Below, one piece after another: positions 24,942 through 39,900 of a stretch of 64,000 nucleotides of DNA (positions are counted from its first letter, which is position 1; each line of letters starts with the position of its first letter). The notes below the pieces were generated by a model that searched no databases, was not told the DNA's origin, and worked only from the letters and a program-made list of their open reading frames with translations. The stretch comes from Acanthaster planci (taxonomy: Eukaryota), in the NCBI RefSeq assembly GCF_001949145.1, contig NW_019091361.1, forward strand, positions 1,039,452-1,103,451. Direction: 5' to 3'. A program made the translations under genes and the position numbers.

Positions 24942-27900
24942 GTGAGTTATAGTTTTTAAAAGGTAACTCACTCTCCAGACACTAGGCTCTCAGAGGCCAC
25001 TTTTTAGCGTTGAATTTAGATACACTTTAAAAAAATCGTTACTGGTTGAATGTATAAATTAGTTTGCATGCGAGTTTGCGAAAAGGTGCTTGAAAAACTT
25101 ATGTGTAAACTTAATGTTTCATAGGATTTTTGTAGTTCTTCTTGGGAAACTGAAAGGTGGATCATTGGCCCCGCATAGTATTTTGAATTATCTTTTTTCT
25201 TTGGTATGGCAAACTAGCAAAACAGAAATATACACACCATCCTCCTTTTGAAGGCCAGCCTTCGTGGCGAACGCGAAATTCGAAAGCGAAGCGAATGTCA
25301 CCAGATTGCAGCGATATTCGCTTGAGTTGAAATATTTCCATTTAATCGTCAGAACTTGGGTACTGGTGTCACACATGCATTTTGTTCGAAGGTATAATGA
25401 GCATTCTGTTAATTAAAAAAATACATACATTTTAGAATTTTAAAACTGCCCGTATCTTTGGCTCCAAGGCTGCAACATGTACTCACTCTTTAGGCAAAAC
25501 TCCTTCAAGTTGCCTAAGGTTGATAGCCTCCTAGATACAGAGGTCGCCGTGTAATAAGTTGTCGGGTTGAACTCCGTCGGAGTAACTGCCGAAAGTCACG
25601 TTCACGTAAAATCTTGTCTAATATTTTGCCATACAACCACAATCTTATAAAAATAACAAAAATCATCAACCAGTGTCCATTTAATTCTCTATACTTATTG
25701 TACACTCGCCCTTTGGTACCTAAAATTAAAATAATCCTCTGGTATAACTACAAAAATCCAATTGTGTAGCCGCACGCAATACGTAGGGTCGACCATTAAA
25801 ACGGAGTAGCGCCCTCACCCTCTGGAATGTGTTGACCTTAAAGTAAATCTATTAAAACAAAGTCTCTCCCTCATACCGTGCAGATCAAAGTAAGGTCTGA
25901 AATTGAAAGCCCGAGCTTTCCGTATCTGGTGCTGAATTGGGGATACAGATAATTAAAACTAAAAGTAGTTTTTAGATCAGAGATACATAACAACTTTCAC
26001 TTAGATTCTTGGCTAATAATTTAGTAGAGTCCCCTAAAACGGTGCACCTGAACTTTCACTTGACTTTCTTCATACGGTGTTGCTAACAAACCTCTTGTTG
26101 AAAAAATGAAATTCATTTTGTTAAATAGTGGTATTACATGCTGTTGAACCTTTGTGGATAATTTCAGTGTGATAAAATTTGTCCAAAATTCAAAAAACGG
26201 GCGAAAATTTGGCGAGAATTCAGCTAAGTGTCGCACCTATAAATTATTATTACCTCCACGTACCTAACCCAAAGTTTGTTGAGAAATTATTTCCGCCTTT
26301 TTTTTGCATTTTTAAAGAGTTCATTTCGCATAAGATGGAAAGCTTACGGTAAGCACCATGCAATATCTCTGGAGTGTGACGGNNNNNNNNNNNNNNNNNN
26401 NNNNNNNNNNNNNNNNNNNNNNNNNNNNNNNNNNNNNNNNNNNNNNNNNNNNNNNNNNNNNNNNNNNNNNNNNNNNNNNNNNNNNNNNNNNNNNNNNNNN
26501 NNNNNNNNNNNNNNNNNNNNNNNNNNNNNNNNNNNNNNNNNNNNNNNNNNNCTTGAAATCCCATCAGTTCATTTCGCACTTCAGAAAAAATGGAAAATCG
26601 AGCCAAAAGGAATTTCATGGGAACTTTGCAGCTGGTGAATAAAATCGAGAAACGTATTATCAATGTCCCGTTTAGTTTCTCGTTTCCCGAAACAGACACT
26701 TCTAATTTGGGGCTGGGGGTTAAGTTGACCAGTAAAACGGAACAGCGCCCTCACCCAAATAAGTCTAACTTACGTTTCTCTGCACTCGTCGTGGCGATGA
26801 TGCGATCAAAGTTTTTCAGCTGAAAGACCAATCATGGAGCTCATGGACCAATATACATGTAGCATGATCGAGTACTTCATATCTGGCACTGGATTTGGGG
26901 ATATGGACAGTTTGGACTTTGGAGTATGTTTAAAACCCAGAGATGCATAACCCCATCCATCTGATGACAGTTTTGGAATAGGTCCAAGCCAATGTAATTA
27001 GGCCTAGGCCTATACCACACATTAGCCCAGGTTGGACGTTGTCTTCATTTCAGCGTAGCTTAGTACGGTCAGCATGGTCAGGCTATATCACACATGTATA
27101 TGTAGGCCTAGTCCGAGTATAACTTTGACCATGGAGCTATTGACACTGATAGCTCCATAAGCGATTCCCTAAACAGGCTTGTTAAAAAAAGGCGATTTGT
27201 CGGGTCCAAGTTACTCGGACTACCTATCACATGGGCCTTTGTACAAGTGTACATTGCAAAAATGTATTAGCCTATTATTAAACTTGTGTAGTGACATTCA
27301 TTCTGGAGTTGGATAATAGGCCTACCTCACCTCACTACTCCATACCTTGTGCATGGTGTTGTGACATAGAGTTCTGGAAGTCATGTGAAGTAGGCATCAG
27401 GGTATCACTCATGCACGAGCATTTGTGTGAATGAAGTGTTAGGAATCCATGTAATCTGTAATCATTTCTTTTAATTTATGAATGTGTATTACCTCTATTG
27501 ACTATCGTGACAAAAATGAGTTTTCATCATTTAAAGAAGCATGGAGGTAGGAAAGAAGTCACCATGGTTCAGATGCCGTCGTGCCAGTGGTTGGGCTCAG
27601 ATGCCGTTGTGCCAGTGGTTGGGCTAGTGCAAAAATCTAGAACTTATAGTCTCTGAAACTAAGTCAGTGATGGGTGCTATCAGTCAATCAGTGGTTGATC
27701 TTTTCTTCCCAATTCATAATTTTGGGAGATTGTGTTAAGGATGGGAAGTAGTGTCCGTCCAAGTCTTCCTACAGGCCTTCCTCCTTGACGCATTATTGCT
27801 AGACCTACTGTTAAGAACACAGCCACGTATTGAATGCATGTTGGCCACAGGATCTTTCATTTCCAAAACATCTGAGGGAAATACTTGGAGCTCAAAACAA

Positions 27901-30900
27901 ACATTGTGGTTTCTTGTACTAAAAAATTTGTTCCCCTGGTCCCAAGGAGAACGGTTGAAGATCTACTTCATATGAGCTCTGTTCACTGAGTGCATGTGTG
28001 TTCGTTTATATGACTGGTGTTTTGGAAAGGTAACTTGAAACAAAGCAAAGTTTAATCTGACAGTCCAAGAGCTTGCTTGAAGACAAAACTAAAACACCAG
28101 TGATCAAGTCCCCAGTCTACTGACTCCAATGCATTCTGTCTGACTACACTGTGCATTTATTGTAGAAAATACATGTAAGTCTTATTTCATTGCTTTCCTG
28201 TCTTCAGCCACTGGTGGTTGTTCACCCAACCCTTGCCTCAATGGACAGTGTGTTACAGTTGGATCCTCCTTCCAGTGCAACTGTCAAGCAGGGTTTACGG
28301 GCACAACTTGCCAAGGTAAGTGAGCTGTTTTGTCTGGAAGGGCGTCTGGGATTGCCATGTGTTCCATATTAAAATGAATGACATTCTATAATTGCTAAAG
28401 TTCTTTTTTAGGCAACCATTACCAGACACAGAGGTTGGTTGCCGAAATGTGGGTTTCAAATTTGTGGTCTCTTGCCAAAATGTGTGAGCTGAGTTTAGTG
28501 GAATTTATAGAAAGATTGCATTTCTTTCTTGGGCATTAGGAAACGTCAGACAGATTGCAAACAAACTCTCCAAAGAAGGAATCAAACTGTCTACAATAGT
28601 CCTAACCCACATGTTGAAGGAATTGTGTCAAATTTTAGCAGCGGGCAACTGGTTTCCTCAGAATGCCATGCATTAAATTGTGTTTTTGATTTGCATGTAC
28701 CTTAGCTGTGACGATTAATCAATAAACAATTAATCCTAGAAGCTGTGACTTGGTAAAAGGATGTCCAGTATCGACTGACCACGTGTCAACATTTATGCAC
28801 TCTCTGCCACATCTTTTGTCCGCACAAATTGTAGCCAAGTCTGCCACAAGTCTTTGCTGGTCCAACACAGGTTTGGTTGTCACAAAGGCATTCGTTTCTC
28901 ATAGGAATCCCTGTCACTTTAGATTCTTGATGTGACTGACTTGTGATCAACTTGGAAAATCAGGTAGACTAGGCTTGACTACAGCCCGTGTTTCCTACCC
29001 CCCCCTCATATTTTGAAGCAAAATTCCCTTTTTCGAAGACCCAGGTGAAGAGATTATTTACAGGTAATTTGTGTTTACTTCCCGGCAGTGAGGTCACCTT
29101 GCCTGTCCAACCCTTGCTTTAACGGCGGTGCATGCTCATCATTGGGATCGGGCTACCAATGTAACTGCCTGACAGGCTTTACAGGCACACAGTGTGAAAT
29201 ACAAGGTCAGTATGCCCTACTTCATCAATGCCTTGGGCATAGAAGTCGCCGATTGACTGGCAGATAGATGTGATAGTGAGGGCATGGGTTCGTGTTGATG
29301 TTTTGAGGGACTAGGATGGTGGACACTTGACAAATTTTGGCAAATATGACCATCTGTGCAGATACTTGACAGTGATAGGGCACATAAACAGACAAAAGTG
29401 CCTATTTTGCTCACAGTTTGTCCTGTTTAAAATCTCTCTCAAAAACAGAGGCAGTTTTTTGGTAAAAGAACACTGGCTAATAATAATATTTATTTGGGGC
29501 AATAAAACATACAAGACAATCATAAGACACAGCGGGCCGCCCAGGAGAACATAAAAGTTTAAAAATACACTGTCCCAAAAGGCGTGTGTCTCCCAAGAAC
29601 CAAATAGAAAAGTAAGGCAAGAAATAGCGTGACAAAAAATAATCATTATTAAGATAAAAATATGACAATGGGTTGAAAAAAAGAGCCTAGCTAGAAAAGT
29701 GGCCCTTCAGCTCACTCAAAAACTGATGGAGAGGGCCGCATATCAGATTATGAGCCAAGTCACTAGGCAAAGTGCTCCAATTATGTGGGAAATAGCAACG
29801 GATGGAGAATTTAAGTGCGGGCTGGCAAATGATAAATGAAAAGTTTAATATCCACGTGTCTAATATTAACAAGTAACAAATTTAAAAAGGATGTAAACAT
29901 GCCAACACGATTAGTGGAAAGCAGCTCCTTGCATACAAAGGCCAGAAGTAAGTAATTCCACCTATTGTTCAGTGCAGCAAGCCCTGTCCCAGCAAGCCTA
30001 TTACTATAAGGTTGTTCTTGCCTCTTCTGGTGAAGAATTAACCTTGTGGCATGCCTCTGAAACTTTTCCAGTTGTGTTTCGTGTTTAACACGGTAAACAT
30101 GCCAAATAGGAGAACAGTAATCTAGAATGGGTAACACAATGGATTCATACAATGTAAGCAGCGTATTTGATCTGCAGTCACCCACAACATGATGAATAAA
30201 ACCCAATGTTTTATATGCTTTAGCTGTCACCAAATTAACGTGTGTGTCCCAAGACAAATTATGCTGCAGGTGAACACCAAGTACATATAGTTTAAGCTTG
30301 GTAACTTCAGGAATCTGAGTGCCATTTAAAAAGTATGCAGGCTGATATGGGCAACGACGCATTCCAGTAAGAAATAAAAACTTACACTTAACAGGATTCA
30401 ATGAGAGTAAATTTCTGTTTGACCAAGAACTTATTTCATCCAGTCTGGAGAGACATCAAATCGTTTTCCCCTTGAATTCGCCTGTGTAAAAAAGTATCAT
30501 CTGCATAGTGTTGAGGGGGATTTGATAGATTTGAATGTAAGTCATTTATATAAATGTTGAAAAGTAGAGGTCCTAAGTTGGACCCCTGTGGAACGCCAGA
30601 TGTAGCATTAGATCAGACAGATTTAGCACCCTGGAAAACAATTTAAACTCTGAACTTGCACTTTGAATTGCTGGTGTATAAGTTGTGATCAAATCAACGT
30701 CTCTGAAGGTACATTATAATCTGATTTTTTTTACCCACTTTGTTTTGTTGTTCACACTTTGAAAAGTTTAGATTTTGTATAGCGGTCAGCAGAAGTCCAT
30801 AGAGTGATTGAGTTGGTATGTCCTGCCGTAACTAATAACGTGAATAATGAATTTAGTCCAAGAGTTACTAATGAAAGCCATGCTCCTCTTGTAGTTGGAA

Positions 30901-33900
30901 ACGCATGTTCCTCCAGTCCTTGTTTGAATGGTGGTGTCTGCACATCCTTCGGATCTGCATTCCAGTGCAGCTGTCAGCCAGGATTCACCGGTGCACAGTG
31001 CCAAACTACCAGTGAGTACATGCAACCAATAGTCGGCAAACTCTGCTGGATAGAAATGGTCTTCTGTTTTTATGTTCTGTTCCGCTGATAAATTCAGCCC
31101 CCTTGTCAATTCACGGCTCCAGAAAAAATGGTTATTGAATTGTTGCACTATGACTTATCAGAAAGTGAATTTGCGTTATCAGTTGTATCATAGGAAATTT
31201 GCTTGTTTGGTGCTACTGAATATGATGAAGCTAATGACCTTTTTAACCCCTTGACGAAGGGAATTTTTTTCTGAAAGCCGACTCCAAGAATTCCAGCCTC
31301 GCTTGGCCATGAAGGCCACCTGCCAAACCAGAAATTCTCGGTTTGTGGCCCTGCGTGCTCTGCACGCTTTGAATTACATAGTGAAAAAGCTGATTGTTCG
31401 GTGGCGTGCGGCTCTACTCACGCTTCCACATTCCCGTTGCCTCTTTTCAAAGTGGGGACTTTTGTGAAGCTGGTGATTATGGTGCAAATTCGGCCTTTTC
31501 ATTTCTTGGCAACACACAAAGGCCAATCACCATATATACAAGAGCCAGGGTCTGCCTACTTTCACCGTGTTCGTTTGAGCGTGGGCCGAGAATAATTGCT
31601 GAAAAGCGGGCTGAGGATTTCAATTTTTACGGCAGCTTTTACCGTCTCCTGCCGCGAAGGGGTTAAAATTCTTATTTACCTTTCACAATCCAATATCCTT
31701 TTCATGATAAACCCTTTGTGTTACCAATGAGTTACTGGCAGCTTACCTTCTTTTGCAATTTTTGTCACCAGATGGCCAGAAGTAATGCAGAAAACATTGC
31801 CTTTTCTAGAGAAACAAAGACAGTTTTTTTTCCTTTCAGCCACCACTGGCAACAGTTGTTCTCCAAACCCATGCCGCAATAGTGCCACATGCACAGTGAC
31901 CGGTTCCAATACCTTCACATGTACTTGTAGGACGGGTACCAGTGGGCCTCTGTGTGCAACCATCAGTAAGTGCATTGGAACACTGACTCATGCAAGCATG
32001 GCAAATGTGGGTCCTACCCACACACCACTTGAAATGGACTCCACAAATTTGCACTCAGTGGGGCAGGTGGCAATTTATTTTCCAGTGCCTACCCCTGTAG
32101 TCGTGCAGTTCTACAATTGCAAAATGTACTTCAGAAACAAATGCTGAAACAAATATTAAATCCCCATGGAGTTACATGTACATATGTTGAATTCTGTGCT
32201 AAATGCTGGGATGAAGACTTTAATATTTGTTATGACTCGAAGCCACTCCAACTGGTATTTTGCAAGCCTTCAAAGTATGTATTTCTCTGTTCATTGATAT
32301 ACATGTATCAGAATCCCGTCTTGACAAAGTATTTTGCAGGCCATTAGAAGCATTTTCAGAGTAAAGTTCAGTGAAAATACAGCTTTATTTTTTTTTACTT
32401 GAAACTTGTCGAGTTCGGTACTGTTTAACGGTGAAGACTCTTAGCCTGAATAGTAGGATGTCCTTTTTTTCTTGTTTGCCAGACGATGCCTGTTTTTCCA
32501 GTCCTTGTCAGAACGGGGGACAGTGCACAACAACCGGGTCCTCCTACCTGTGCAATTGCCCGTCAGGGTACACTGGTCCCCGCTGCTCAACACAAAGTAA
32601 GTTAGCCACAGATGTCGTGAGGATGTGCACTCACACCTGTTGACGACACTGCCGCATGGCATCACCTATTGAGGCATTGACTTTCAGTGACGTTTTGAAA
32701 ATAAGCTGTCTTATCAATTTGATTGGCCTTCAAAATAGCCTAGATTCCCAACAGATGTCCAGACACGTCTCTGGCTTGGAGTTTGTTTTTAAGTCACTCT
32801 GCGAGATGATGAGAACCTAAGTACAAGTTGTCAGTGAACTTTCTTATTCATTAGCCTTTGCCCAAAATGCAAACAGTTTCTCTCGTATGGTGTCGGTTTC
32901 CAGTAGAAATTGGTGTTGTGTTTTCTGTTAGCCTTCTTTGAATAAAAAGCCTTCAGCTCCACGTCCCTATAAGTTATCATTTCCATTCACCAATTATTCT
33001 GCCTCTACATTCGTCATTCAATTAAAAATGAATTATTTACAAAACCTGTTAGCGGTCCAATTTAATGAGGGCATATTAAAAGATGTGTCTTTTCTGCGAT
33101 ATGTTTTTTCCCAAGTTACTGCTTGTTCTTCAAACCCGTGTCTGAATGATGGCCAGTGTTCGCTGGTTGCTGGAACTTCAAACTTCCAGTGTAGCTGCAC
33201 GATAGGCTATTTTGGCTCCAGATGTCAAAGTAAGTTTGTTCAGTACACTGTCGCTTCTTAAATATGGTTAATTCCACAACTTAGGGGTCTATTGTTTTTG
33301 CGTGTCCCTGTCACATCTGACGTATGATTTTGTAAGCTCAGAACACATTTTCTAATTTCCAAGAGTGATGAATTAATGCAAATTTATACCTGCCAAACAA
33401 ATAATAATAGTTTGAAATAAATTCCGGTGATATTTCCATGTGAAATAACAAAGGTCAGATGTAACAGGGACACAAAAATGTCATACTTTTGGACCCCTAA
33501 TTTCTGGAATTACCCAAACATGTCTAGCTTTAGTGGGGCTAGCGGTGACACTTGTGTACATTGGTTGCCAGTAATCGACGAACACAAAGCAAAATTGTTT
33601 TTTTTTCACTGAAGTTACAGCACACATGATGGCTGTTTTTGGTTCCACGTGCAAGCTGCCACCCATAACATAATTACAGCATTTGGTTCAGTTGATAGGA
33701 CTTAGTACCTTTTTTAAGGGCATTATCTGTTTATTTATGAAGTTGATTTTGTATCTCATGTAAGAGGAGTTTTGACCCGGTATTTTCAATTAATTAAAGC
33801 CCCACTTTTAATACTGTATTTTCCAATCTGAATTTAAATAGTTATTCTACATAGGGATATTCTTGTCAACTTTTGTATGTGACTTTTCATCAGTGTTTCT

Positions 33901-36900
33901 CCTTCCTAATAGTTTGATTGGATAGATACATTCATTTCTCATACTTTGTGAATATATTACATGATGTCAGTCATTAGCATAAACTTTTACTGTGGTTCCA
34001 TGCCTTGACTTGTATGTCATGGGTGAAATATTTCACATCAAATGAGACTTTTCAAGAGTTACATACGGAGAGACAGTGTTGAGTTTCCACATTTTCCCTG
34101 CCAGGTCATGTCTGCTCGTCCAGTCCATGTCGAACGGTGGACAGTGCTCAATGATTACTGGAACCTCAAATTACCAATGTAACTGTTTGACAGGCTACTC
34201 GGGCGCGAGATGTCAAAGTAAGTGCAATGTCATGCACTCAATCTACACTGAGAAATACCTCAAATAAAAACCACGAATGCAAAGCCGAACAGGTGATCCT
34301 GCAATCGATTTTCATTTGTAGATAGTGAATGACTCAAATGCCTAACATACAGTTCTAGTTTGACACAAGGCTGGAACTTCTCGGAAGCGTCAGAGGCAAT
34401 CACCTTGATGCCCCTAGTCTTTTGCTTCATTCCCATTGAAGTGTCCCCATAGACAAGTTGATTTTCTAGTACAAGTGCCCTTTTAAAATGAGAAATTGCC
34501 TTGCCCCTTCAAGAACGAAGTGCCCGCCCTGTTGATGTCATTGCGCTTTCAGCTTTTTTAGGGGGGGGGGAAATGATGGGGGCACGCTTAGTCAGAAGTT
34601 AGTCAGAAGATACACATACTTTCTTGCCTCTTGGCACATCCAAAGTCACACTGCCAGCAACACCAGCAATGCTGCAAACCTGGTTTGACTCTTTGTATGG
34701 AAGATTGCTTCTCAATTCAACTCATTGCTTGGCAGCATGTAAATTCTGCTTTAGGCGGTCATTTTTGTTCATTTGAAAGTAAAGTTTGGCAAACCCAGAG
34801 TACAGTGATCAAGACCTGGAGCTTCATTTTACATGTTTTGTGCACTGGTGTGTTTTATGTAACCATTTTGTAAAAACAAGCTGGGGTCATATCGAGATTT
34901 CTCTCTGTGAAGATGCAGCGATCTTGTTTCTTTTGAGTGGTGACGACTTTACAGTTGAATGTTTTCTCTCCATGTAGCCTCTGCATGTACATCTAACCCC
35001 TGTCTTAATGAAGGTCAGTGCTCATTAATTGGAACATCAGGTTATCAGTGTGCTTGTCAAAGCGGCTTCTCAGGAACAACTTGTCAGAGTAAGTCATAAA
35101 ATCTTTTACCACAGTCTTGGACAGTGTGTTAGAAATTACCCTGTCTCTTTGAAAATCTGCATTGTCTGTAGTTTAAAAATATGTATGTCATGATTTTTTC
35201 TCTGGTTACATAAATTTCCCAGTTTTGGTTTTTCCCACCCCACAATTAATAGCTCCAAAACAACTTTGAGCTTCCATTGTTGGCATTTATATTACCGTCA
35301 CATTCCTTTATCTTGATTTGACCACCGTGTTGTAGTTCATGCCTGCTCCTCTAACCCATGCCTTAATGATGGCCAGTGCTCATTGGTCACTGGAACAACC
35401 AATTATCAGTGCAGCTGTCTGATTGGCTACTCCGGGGCAAGGTGCCAAAGTAAGTTAAGTGGTTATTCTTTTTGCTTCTATGAATTAGATGAAAAAAATC
35501 CTAACTGCTTCAAATGCGGAATGGACCATTTTTCATTTTGAAAATGTTTGGGTTTGAAGAGACAAAATTTGCTCCAAATCTTAAGACACATAAAAAGCTG
35601 ATAAGTTTTAGCTCCATAAAGAGTTTTTTGAGGAAAAGCCTGATTTTAATGGCTCTCATGACTTGGTTCAATAGTTACTATGTCATGTTGCTTCATTGAA
35701 CCCAACTATCTAGGTCATGGATTGCAGGTTGCACGCATGTATGTAAATATCTCTTTGACCATTTTAGGGTTTTACAACTTGCCAAAGTACATGCATGCCT
35801 AAGGTCAAGAATGTGTGCTAAATACATCGCTAAGTTGTTGAAATTTCTAAAAAGGTTTCACTTGACGTATCTGTAGAAATGACTTCCTTTTATCATTTCT
35901 TTCAAAATGACAGCCTGTCAGATGGGACTGACTTTACAAGGAATTTAATTAAAGCTATTCTCTATTAATACCAAGCGTGATTTTTAACAGAACTGCAGTA
36001 GATTTCATTCTTTCTTTATGTTTTTGGACAGTTTCAAATGGTTCACTTTAACGTTTAACAATGCTGGCACCTTAAGGCTCTGGTCGTAGAAGGCTGATGA
36101 TTTCTTCATCAGAGTCTCTATCAAAGATTAACTAGCTGCCTTTGTGTTTCATCCTGTTTTTCTGCTGCCGGTAATTTGAATTTCAGCTACTGCATGCTCA
36201 TCCAGCCCCTGTTTAAACAATGGCCAGTGCTCAGTGATAACCGGAACTGCAAACTACCAATGCAGCTGCTCAGTTGAATACTCCGGCTTGAGGTGCCAAA
36301 GTAAGTCCAACTGGAAGAGAGCCATTGTAGTGATTGGTTGATGGTGTTTAAGTCACTTTTTCTCAGAGTCAGAAACAAAATCACTGAGCAATGAAAGAAG
36401 CCACATTTATAAAATGCCGATGAATATGGCATTAGAAGAAATGGATGACAGTGCATTATTACAAGTTTTATAGTGTTTTTGCTGTGAACGGTGGCACCCA
36501 GAGTACAAAAGCTTCCACCTCAAAGTTTGTCCCAACTGCTCAAAGTCTTCTTGGGAATAGTTACAATTTGAAAGTTTGATTTTGGGAGTTTTGAAATGCT
36601 TCATGCTTCTTTCTGTGGAAAGTTTGTTGGTCATGGTTCTCCATCAGTGCAAAATCTTTGTTAGAGTTTGATTGTCTATTTGCTATGAAATTACATGGTT
36701 GCTTTTCAATCTTTGACGTTGAAGTCTAGTGAGGACTAGCTTGGTTATATTGTCTGTGGAACATTGAAAATGGAAGGCAAGGCTAAGGCTTATACTGGCG
36801 TTTGTACAATACCTGCATAAATCTCTGTCATCTGATTGGTTGATTGTTGATCACATGTCACTGACTTATTCATTCTGTTCAATAGATTTTCATTTCACTT

Positions 36901-39900
36901 TACTGGTTCCCAGCCCAATTTAATGTGTTTCATTCTCAGTATTAAAGAAAGAGGTAAATAATGCAGGGATGGGAACCAGTCGAACATTCCATGGTGCTAC
37001 TAATACCAGTGGGTGGGGCTTTGGAAACAAAATCTGTTTTGCGAAATGGTGGACATCAATACATGATGACGTTTGTTCTCCCAACGGAAGAGGAAATGAC
37101 AAAGATTTATGCAGGTGTCAAAACTTCAAACAAAATGATAGGTAATTCACATTCGTGTAGTGGTAAGAATAATGTCAAGAGGTGACAGGTCACAGATGAA
37201 ATGTTCCATTCCAATCAGCTTCACCTCGTGGAATGGACCATTTTGTCTGTCACCTCATGAAAATATTTCTTTCCATTGCACTCATAAACATCCATTGTTT
37301 GTGTACACCAACCTTTCCCAATTGGGATGATATCCTCTTAAAATCTTTTCTCTTTTTCATTTGCACACTGGATGACATGTTTTTCTTTTAATCTCCGTAG
37401 TCACTGCTTGTTCATCCAACCCCTGTCTGAATGGCGGCCAGTGCTCTTTGGTGATGGGAACATCCAATTTCCGATGTAGTTGCTCAAGTGGCTACTCAGG
37501 CACGAGATGTGAAAGTGAGTGGATGCATAAAAACTCCAGCCCACAAGTGTACTCCATTTTTATTTGTGTACCACAGGGTTCACATTTGCATGCAACAGAT
37601 TTGTCAACTAGAGCTTAGCAATTGACTCTAACAGTGTCAAGTAAAAATGCCGTGAGTCATGGCACCTTTCTGTCGATTTTTGTTTCACTGTTCATCAAAT
37701 AACAAGTACAGTGTGGTATGAAGTTCTGTGCTCAGTGTATTGTAGCGACCATAGACTGTGCTTGTTTTTCAAGTTCACTGTGAACAAAGGGATATTGCTT
37801 TTCAACATATATGTTTAATTTTGAATTTTTTTGGCTCTGCCCGAAATCCAAAATTAATTTACGTCTCCCCGACACAAATCCATCCGTGAAATACATGTAA
37901 TATATGTGTTGACATGTGTTGTTGATATGTCTCAATCAATTGAACAGTATTTCTTATGATCTGCTTTCCTTTCATGCGATGGTATTTCCCTTTTTGTATT
38001 TTTGTATAGTTTTGGTCATGATTTGTTTGTGTAGTAGACGCTGGATGCTTGCATTGTTGTTGTATTTATTGTTTTTTTAGTTGATTCCACTAGTTGCTTT
38101 CCTAATCCATGTTTCAATGGCGGTCAGTGTATGCCCATTACTGGTGGGGCTGGCTACCGATGCATTTGCCCAAGTGATTTTACCGGACTCAATTGCTTAC
38201 AATGTGAGTGCATGGCTTTTTAAAGTTTGAAGTCAGTGTTGTTGCAAGTCTGTCTAATACAGCCCTTTTGTGATGTTTGTGTGCAAGTGTACAGCGTAAC
38301 AATGGCTCTTAAAGTGTTTGGATTTGGAAAAGTGATTACTTCACATATTTTACAGCCTTTTTGTACATCATGATTGCATTCCTGTGGTCAAGTTCTTTAT
38401 TTATATGTGGTCCCCATAAGTCTATACCAGTCAATTCATCCAGTCTAATCACACTAGTCATTTTGAGGAAGCCAGTGTGGCCAGATTGTTCAATATGAAC
38501 GTGGCTTTTAAAGCACGTATGTCATTCCCTAATGGCTGAATGGAAGAACAAATTCAGACGTCGAGTTTATACTCACCGGTTCTTTTAAGAACCACACTTT
38601 GTCCAAAGAGATTGATTCCATGGTGTACCCGCAAACCCATTTCTCTACAAATTCAGAATTATAAGTGCCCTTGCTCGAGATAAAAGATTTATATCAAGGG
38701 TGTATTACCAAAACATGATAGGTCCATTTGAAAAATGTGAAAGATTTCCACAAATATGAAATATTCGAGAATAAAAACATTGTACCAAGAGTTCCCTAAG
38801 CTTGCTTTTTGTACTGAATGAATGTATTGTGTTTATTATCCTCCAAACTGGCTCTGAGCAGCCTGGAGAGGGTGGAATATTAGGACTCCTTTTTTGTGAT
38901 TTGCAGCTCTGGATCCTTGTGTACCTAATCCTTGTCTGAATGGCGGCACGTGTAGCAGTCTTACCTCCTCCTCATTCCAATGTCGATGTGCAGACGGCTG
39001 GTCGGGCGTAGTTTGTGCAACCAGATCAGCAGGTAAGAGCTGTAACTGGATCATGCAGAATCATTAGAGAGCTAGCTTTCCAGTGGAAGGTCAGAACTGA
39101 AAGTATCGAGTGTGAACTGTGGTTGTTAAAGTAGTTTTCTATTCAGAAAACAAAATGAAGTCAGTGGAAAGTCAGCTAATAACATGGGATGACATTTGGT
39201 TTACAAGATGTTTGAACAAAGTGTGCCGTCCCTTCAAAATTTGGCACTGCTACACTACTGCAAAATGTCCATTTTCCAACTTGAAGCTCATTTAATGACA
39301 CCGGGTCTGGTGTTGAGTTGCAATTGATCATCCCTCTTTATCTGTTTTATAGTCCTCACTTCCTGGTCCCAGTTATTTTGGCATTTACATAGCTGTTTGG
39401 ATATTACAACCCATTGTTGACACTGGAAGTTGTCACTATTAATTCATTTACAGATGTGTGTGCAGAAGTCAATATTTGTCAGAATGGAGGCACGTGTGAA
39501 CCCAATACAGGGGGAAGCTTTTCCTGCCGATGTGCTGAAGGATTCGACGGTGTGGACTGCTCAAATAGTAAGTAATCTGGATACAACAACAGTATGACTA
39601 TCCATGTTCACATTGCCAAGTTGCAACAGACAACAAGTAGTTGTGTGGGAAGGCGTGTATATATCTTTCTTTACCCAAGCACTTAGAAGCAACTTCCTGG
39701 TGTTATACTGTTAATTTCTATGAATTGCTGAAGAAATCTACCAGTTTCTGAGAATTTTAAAATCTTACAGCAATCCAGTTCGTGCACAGCTTTCAGAGGG
39801 CTTTTCTGTCCCAGTATAAAAATTAACACCTCCCCAACACAAAATTCTATAATATAAAAATTTCTGGTTGGGGCACTCAGTGTTCACCTGACTCAATTTG

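Noticed and set aside
26250..26699. ORFs spanning the 26.4-kb gap
   Set aside because: They consist mostly of X residues from Ns and show no coding signal.
34366..34531. Possible hAT-like element CAAGGCTGGAACTTC…GAAGTGCCCGCCCTG
   Set aside because: The TIR match is weak and there is no target-site duplication.
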